Below are positions 60,133-64,000 of a DNA stretch of 64,000 nucleotides, one piece after another. The notes under the pieces are model-generated. The model saw nothing but the letters and a program-made list of their open reading frames with translations. It had not been told where the DNA came from and searched no databases. A program made the position numbers and the translations under genes. Location of the stretch: the NCBI GenBank assembly GCA_037447435.1, contig JBBIGR010000018.1, forward strand, positions 19,561-83,560, in the 5' to 3' direction. Source of the DNA: Fibrobacteria bacterium. Its GTDB lineage: Bacteria > Fibrobacterota > Chitinivibrionia > Chitinivibrionales > FEN-1185. Each line of letters opens with the position of its first letter. The first letter of the stretch is position 1.

Positions 60133-62298
60133 ATGGCTGAAAAAAAAGGCCGCATATTGATTGTCGACGATAATATTGAAATCCATGAAGATTTTAAAAA
60201 AATTCTTATACCGGTTTCCTCGAACAAAGATTCCGAAACATTAGCGCTTGAGGCCGACCTGTTCGGTCCTGCGGCCGTTAATCCGGATGATAATACGGAC
60301 GTTCCCGTATATGATATTGACGATGCGTATCAGGGTGAAGAAGCTCTTGCAAAAGTTGAAAAAGCCTCCGAAGACAATAGGCCTTACGGTTTGGTTTTTA
60401 TGGACATACGAATGCCGCCAGGTATTGATGGTATTGAGACTATCAATAGAATATGGAAAAAATATCCGCAAACCGAGATTGTTATTTGTACGGCTTATTC
60501 CGATTATTCCTGGGATCAAATTCTTAAAAAGTTCGGCAGCAACGACCATTTATTGTTTGTCAAAAAGCCTTTCGACAGCGTTATGGTCAAGCAGATAGCG
60601 CTTACCCTGACAACCAAATGGCTGCTTGATAAAAAAAACAGAGACCATTTAAGAACGTTGGAATCCGAAGTCGAGAAGCGGACGGTTGAATTGCGTTCGA
60701 TGATGGTGCATTTGTCGGAACTAAAGGATATCGCAGAGGCGGCAACCCGCGCAAAAAGCGAATTTTTAGCAAACATGTCGCATGAAATCAGGACCCCGAT
60801 GAACGCTGTCATCGGGTTTGGCGAATTGTTGAAAGAAACGCATCTTTCGTCTCAACAAAAAGATTATGTCGACACGATATGCGAAAGCGGCGGTCTGTTG
60901 ATCGCACTGATCAACGACATCCTTGATATTTCTAAAATAGAATCTAAAAAAGTGGAACTGGAAGAAATTGATTTTAACCTCGAATACCTTATCGGCAGCA
61001 TTTTAAAAATATTGCGCCAGAGGGTCGGATCTAAACCGGTCGATTTGAACCTGTTGTATCCTGAAGATATTCAACGCGACTTCAAAGGCGACCCGACGCG
61101 TATACGCCAGATTTTCATGAACATAACCGGAAATGCGATCAAATTTACCGATAAAGGCGATGTAACCATACGTGTTGAGGTGGAGTCTTTCAATAGCAAT
61201 CCGATAGATCCCAAATCGGTTATCAGATTGTTTGTCCGCGATACCGGAATCGGAATACCGAAAGAAAAGCAGGCGGATATTTTTGAAGCATTTTCCCAAG
61301 TAGACAGTTCCACGACGCGTAAATACGGCGGAACAGGTCTTGGTTTGGCAATCGCTCGATCGCTCGTGTCTATGATGGGCGGAACGATTGAAGTTCGTTC
61401 TGAAGTCGACAGAGGTTCCGAGTTCATATTTACCGTATGTCTACGCCACGGAAAACCGACAATCGAGAAAGAAATAAAACTCGTTGATTTGGAAAGTTGT
61501 AAAGGAAAGAATGTCCTCATTGTGGATGACAATAGACAATCGCGGGAAATTCTCAACAATTATTGCAATTTGATACAAATGAATGTTGTCTGCTGTACAG
61601 ACTCCGCGTATGGAGCATTGGAATGGCTCAAGAATGAGGCGAATAACGTTGATTTAGTATTGTCGGACATTATGATGCCGGTCATGGACGGGAATGACTT
61701 GGCAAAGGAAATAAGGCGCCTCGATAGACACAAAACCACAAAGCTTGTTGCCTTGACATCTGACGCCGTACCGGGCATTGCGGAACAGTCGAGCGCAGCC
61801 GGATTTGACGCCTTCATATCTAAACCGTTTACGAAAAAAGAACTGTTCGAAATCATTCGGACCGTTTTTGGAGACTCAAGGAAAGAAAAAGACCAGATTG
61901 TGACGCGTCACCTTGCCCAAGAAGTACTCATCAAAGGCATCGAGGTCCTTGTTGCAGAAGACAATACCCTCAATCAAAAGCTCATGGGGATTTTGTTGAA
62001 ACAACTTGGCTGTGTCTATGAAATGGTAGGCAATGGTACCGAAGCGATTGCGAAGCTCAATGAAAAGAAATTTGATCTTATTCTGATGGATATCCAAATG
62101 CCGGTTATGGACGGGCTTGAGGCAACGAATCAAATTAGGAAAAATCTAAAGTTGGAAACGCCGATTATAGCCTTGACTGCCCGTGTTTTAAAAGAAGATG
62201 AAGACCAATGTAAGGCTGTTGGTATGAACGACTTTTTATCGAAGCCGATTAATCCCAATAAATTGAAAGAAATAATTTATAAATGGGCGCAAAAGTAG
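60133..62298 (+). CDS. Cytoplasmic hybrid histidine kinase (REC-HisKA-HATPase-REC-REC)
   Basis: N-terminal REC (FMDIRMPPG), FLANMSHEIRTPMN, GNAIKFT, GGTGLGL, two C-terminal REC domains. Confidence 0.95.
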   Translation: MAEKKGRILIVDDNIEIHEDFKKILIPVSSNKDSETLALEADLFGPAAVNPDDNTDVPVYDIDDAYQGEEALAKVEKASEDNRPYGLVFMDIRMPPGIDGIETINRIWKKYPQTEIVICTAYSDYSWDQILKKFGSNDHLLFVKKPFDSVMVKQIALTLTTKWLLDKKNRDHLRTLESEVEKRTVELRSMMVHLSELKDIAEAATRAKSEFLANMSHEIRTPMNAVIGFGELLKETHLSSQQKDYVDTICESGGLLIALINDILDISKIESKKVELEEIDFNLEYLIGSILKILRQRVGSKPVDLNLLYPEDIQRDFKGDPTRIRQIFMNITGNAIKFTDKGDVTIRVEVESFNSNPIDPKSVIRLFVRDTGIGIPKEKQADIFEAFSQVDSSTTRKYGGTGLGLAIARSLVSMMGGTIEVRSEVDRGSEFIFTVCLRHGKPTIEKEIKLVDLESCKGKNVLIVDDNRQSREILNNYCNLIQMNVVCCTDSAYGALEWLKNEANNVDLVLSDIMMPVMDGNDLAKEIRRLDRHKTTKLVALTSDAVPGIAEQSSAAGFDAFISKPFTKKELFEIIRTVFGDSRKEKDQIVTRHLAQEVLIKGIEVLVAEDNTLNQKLMGILLKQLGCVYEMVGNGTEAIAKLNEKKFDLILMDIQMPVMDGLEATNQIRKNLKLETPIIALTARVLKEDEDQCKAVGMNDFLSKPINPNKLKEIIYKWAQK

Positions 62299-62302
62299 GT
62301 GA

Positions 62303-63004
62303 GTGCATTTGCGTAAATCTATAAATCTATTTTGCCTGCTATTTTTTTCCGCGATGTTTTTTGCCGTTAAGGCAGAAGTGCTCTACGTTTTTTTTCCTAC
62401 GGTGATTCGGTCCGGGGCTATGCAAAAAAAATTGCAGGACGCCGGTCCTGGAATTTCGATAACCGTATTTGGGCGTTATAAAGATTTTGAATCAATGTGC
62501 CAATCAAATCCGCCAGATGCGATTTTAGCAACAACCGAAATGCTTAAACAAATTTCCGGCTTTTCGGTTAAGATGGAAGGCTTGAATAATGATAAGCCCG
62601 ATGAACAATATGTGCTTTTGTCGGTTGATCAACCTATAAATCCAAAAGAATTGTCTAGCGCAACAATATCGGTTATAGAAATCGGCGGAAAACGTATGAT
62701 GGAAGAGCTGTTTTCCAAATTTTTTAAATTAATTCCCCAAATAAAAAGGGTAACCAAAGTCGAAGATCTGTTGCCGACCTTGACATTGAATATGGCTCAG
62801 GGAATACTAATACCGGAACTATATGCCCAACATTTCAGGAAAATATCGAATCTCAATTTGATTACAAATCAATTGCCGCCGATGCGGACAACCATTGTAG
62901 CCTTAGCCGTGCGGGCAAACTCCGCGGCTCCTATGACTATTAAAACAATTAAGTCTTTAAAAAAAGAAACGAACGCGATCTTCCGCGTGACAAGCTGGAA
63001 ATGA
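62303..63004 (+). CDS. Exported protein, possibly periplasmic-binding fold
   Basis: Signal-peptide-like N-terminus; in the same operon as the kinases. Confidence 0.6.
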   Translation: MHLRKSINLFCLLFFSAMFFAVKAEVLYVFFPTVIRSGAMQKKLQDAGPGISITVFGRYKDFESMCQSNPPDAILATTEMLKQISGFSVKMEGLNNDKPDEQYVLLSVDQPINPKELSSATISVIEIGGKRMMEELFSKFFKLIPQIKRVTKVEDLLPTLTLNMAQGILIPELYAQHFRKISNLNLITNQLPPMRTTIVALAVRANSAAPMTIKTIKSLKKETNAIFRVTSWK

Positions 63005-63993
63005 AAGGTATAACCTTTGAAATGAAAATTTCAAATTTTCGAAAAATTATATTACTGTGCGTTGCAATTTTTGATTTGTGCATTCCCGCTGTTGCGCAAG
63101 ATCAACTACTCATAATGCGGATGACCGGTAAAGACTTCGACGAAGTGATTCGGGGTATGGTCGATGAATTCGAGGGTGCTTGTACGGTTACCGAAATGAT
63201 TGTCACCGATAGAACAAAACCTTTTGACATAAATCGGATGATGACCAAAAAAAAACCAAAGCTTGTGGTTCTTTTAGACAATAAATCAATTCGTCTCTAT
63301 AAGGAATATCAGAACTCGCTAAACGATTCCTCTATAGCGGTTCCCTCGGTGTCCTTAATGGGGGTGCTTGTCAATAAAGCCATTTCAAAATTGAAAAACG
63401 CAACCGGAATATGCTATGAAATTCCTATTGTAACCAGTGTGATAAATTTGCAGGCGGTATTGTCACACCCGATAAAAACCGTTGGGGTTGTTCACCGAGA
63501 TTTTATGACCGATTTTATTGCTGAAAATCGTGACTATTGCAAAAAGGAAAAAATTGAGATCGCTTCAGTCGTCATCAACGGCAAGGACAAAGACATCGGA
63601 GCCCAAATTGAGGGGGCACTGTCTGTTTTGAAAACGGAAAAAAACATGAATGCGTTATGGCTGCCCAATGATAATATTTTATTAAAACCCGAGCTGATTC
63701 GCGACATTTGGATTCCATTTATACGTAATAACAATATCCCGGTAATTGTCGGCGTCGACGTACTCGTGGATCCGCGATTGGATTGCGGAACCTTTGCGGT
63801 ATTGCCTGATAATGTTGCCTTGGGCGCACAAGCTGCACAAATGATAATGAAAATCAAATCCAATAATTGGGTAGTTGGCGCCATGAAGGTTGAACCGCCC
63901 GTTTCGATTTATAAAGTGATTAATTTAAAGCAAGCAAAAGAAAAATTGGGGCATCGCGCGTTTCTGTGGGTAGCCCCAACAGGTTGTGTTTAG
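63001..63993 (+). CDS. ABC-type substrate-binding-like exported protein
   Basis: Signal peptide; IKTVGVV, ALWLPND, LGAQAA and VINLK motifs resemble ABC_sub_bind proteins. Confidence 0.65.
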   Translation: MKGITFEMKISNFRKIILLCVAIFDLCIPAVAQDQLLIMRMTGKDFDEVIRGMVDEFEGACTVTEMIVTDRTKPFDINRMMTKKKPKLVVLLDNKSIRLYKEYQNSLNDSSIAVPSVSLMGVLVNKAISKLKNATGICYEIPIVTSVINLQAVLSHPIKTVGVVHRDFMTDFIAENRDYCKKEKIEIASVVINGKDKDIGAQIEGALSVLKTEKNMNALWLPNDNILLKPELIRDIWIPFIRNNNIPVIVGVDVLVDPRLDCGTFAVLPDNVALGAQAAQMIMKIKSNNWVVGAMKVEPPVSIYKVINLKQAKEKLGHRAFLWVAPTGCV

Positions 63994-64000
63994 AGTCATA

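Noticed and set aside
1..64000. CRISPR arrays, rRNA, transposases, integrases, prophage genes
   Set aside because: No regularly spaced repeat-spacer array and no recognisable motifs for these classes were seen.

Overview
A 64-kb bacterial chromosomal segment with dense coding. Gene content (spoVG-tRNA-Gln-rplY-pth, secreted proteins with FlgD-Ig/T9SS-like C-termini, CBM6, flagellin) is compatible with a Fibrobacterota/Chitinivibrionia-like organism; this taxonomy is inference only. The left two-thirds is mostly housekeeping: uvrA, argF, ribosomal proteins, dapAB, oppDF, rsmE, map, hflX, metH, the argCBD-argG operon and ispD. It also holds a KaiC-like ATPase/receiver-domain operon, a 3037-aa repeat surface protein and an RNA-ligase-like gene. 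The best candidate for a new system is a compact RiPP-like cluster at about 51.1-54.7 kb, directly behind a lone flagellin gene with sigma28-type promoters and CsrA-type sites. It encodes an HprK-like kinase, a PqqD/RRE protein, a radical SAM-SPASM enzyme, an S24/S26 peptidase and a convergent nucleotidyltransferase. It also contains a 56-aa Cys-containing precursor candidate with a YxxP leader (53767-53937) that is below the size cut-off of the supplied ORF track. The right end is a multi-step phosphorelay cluster. All product calls come from motif recognition by eye; no searches were run.
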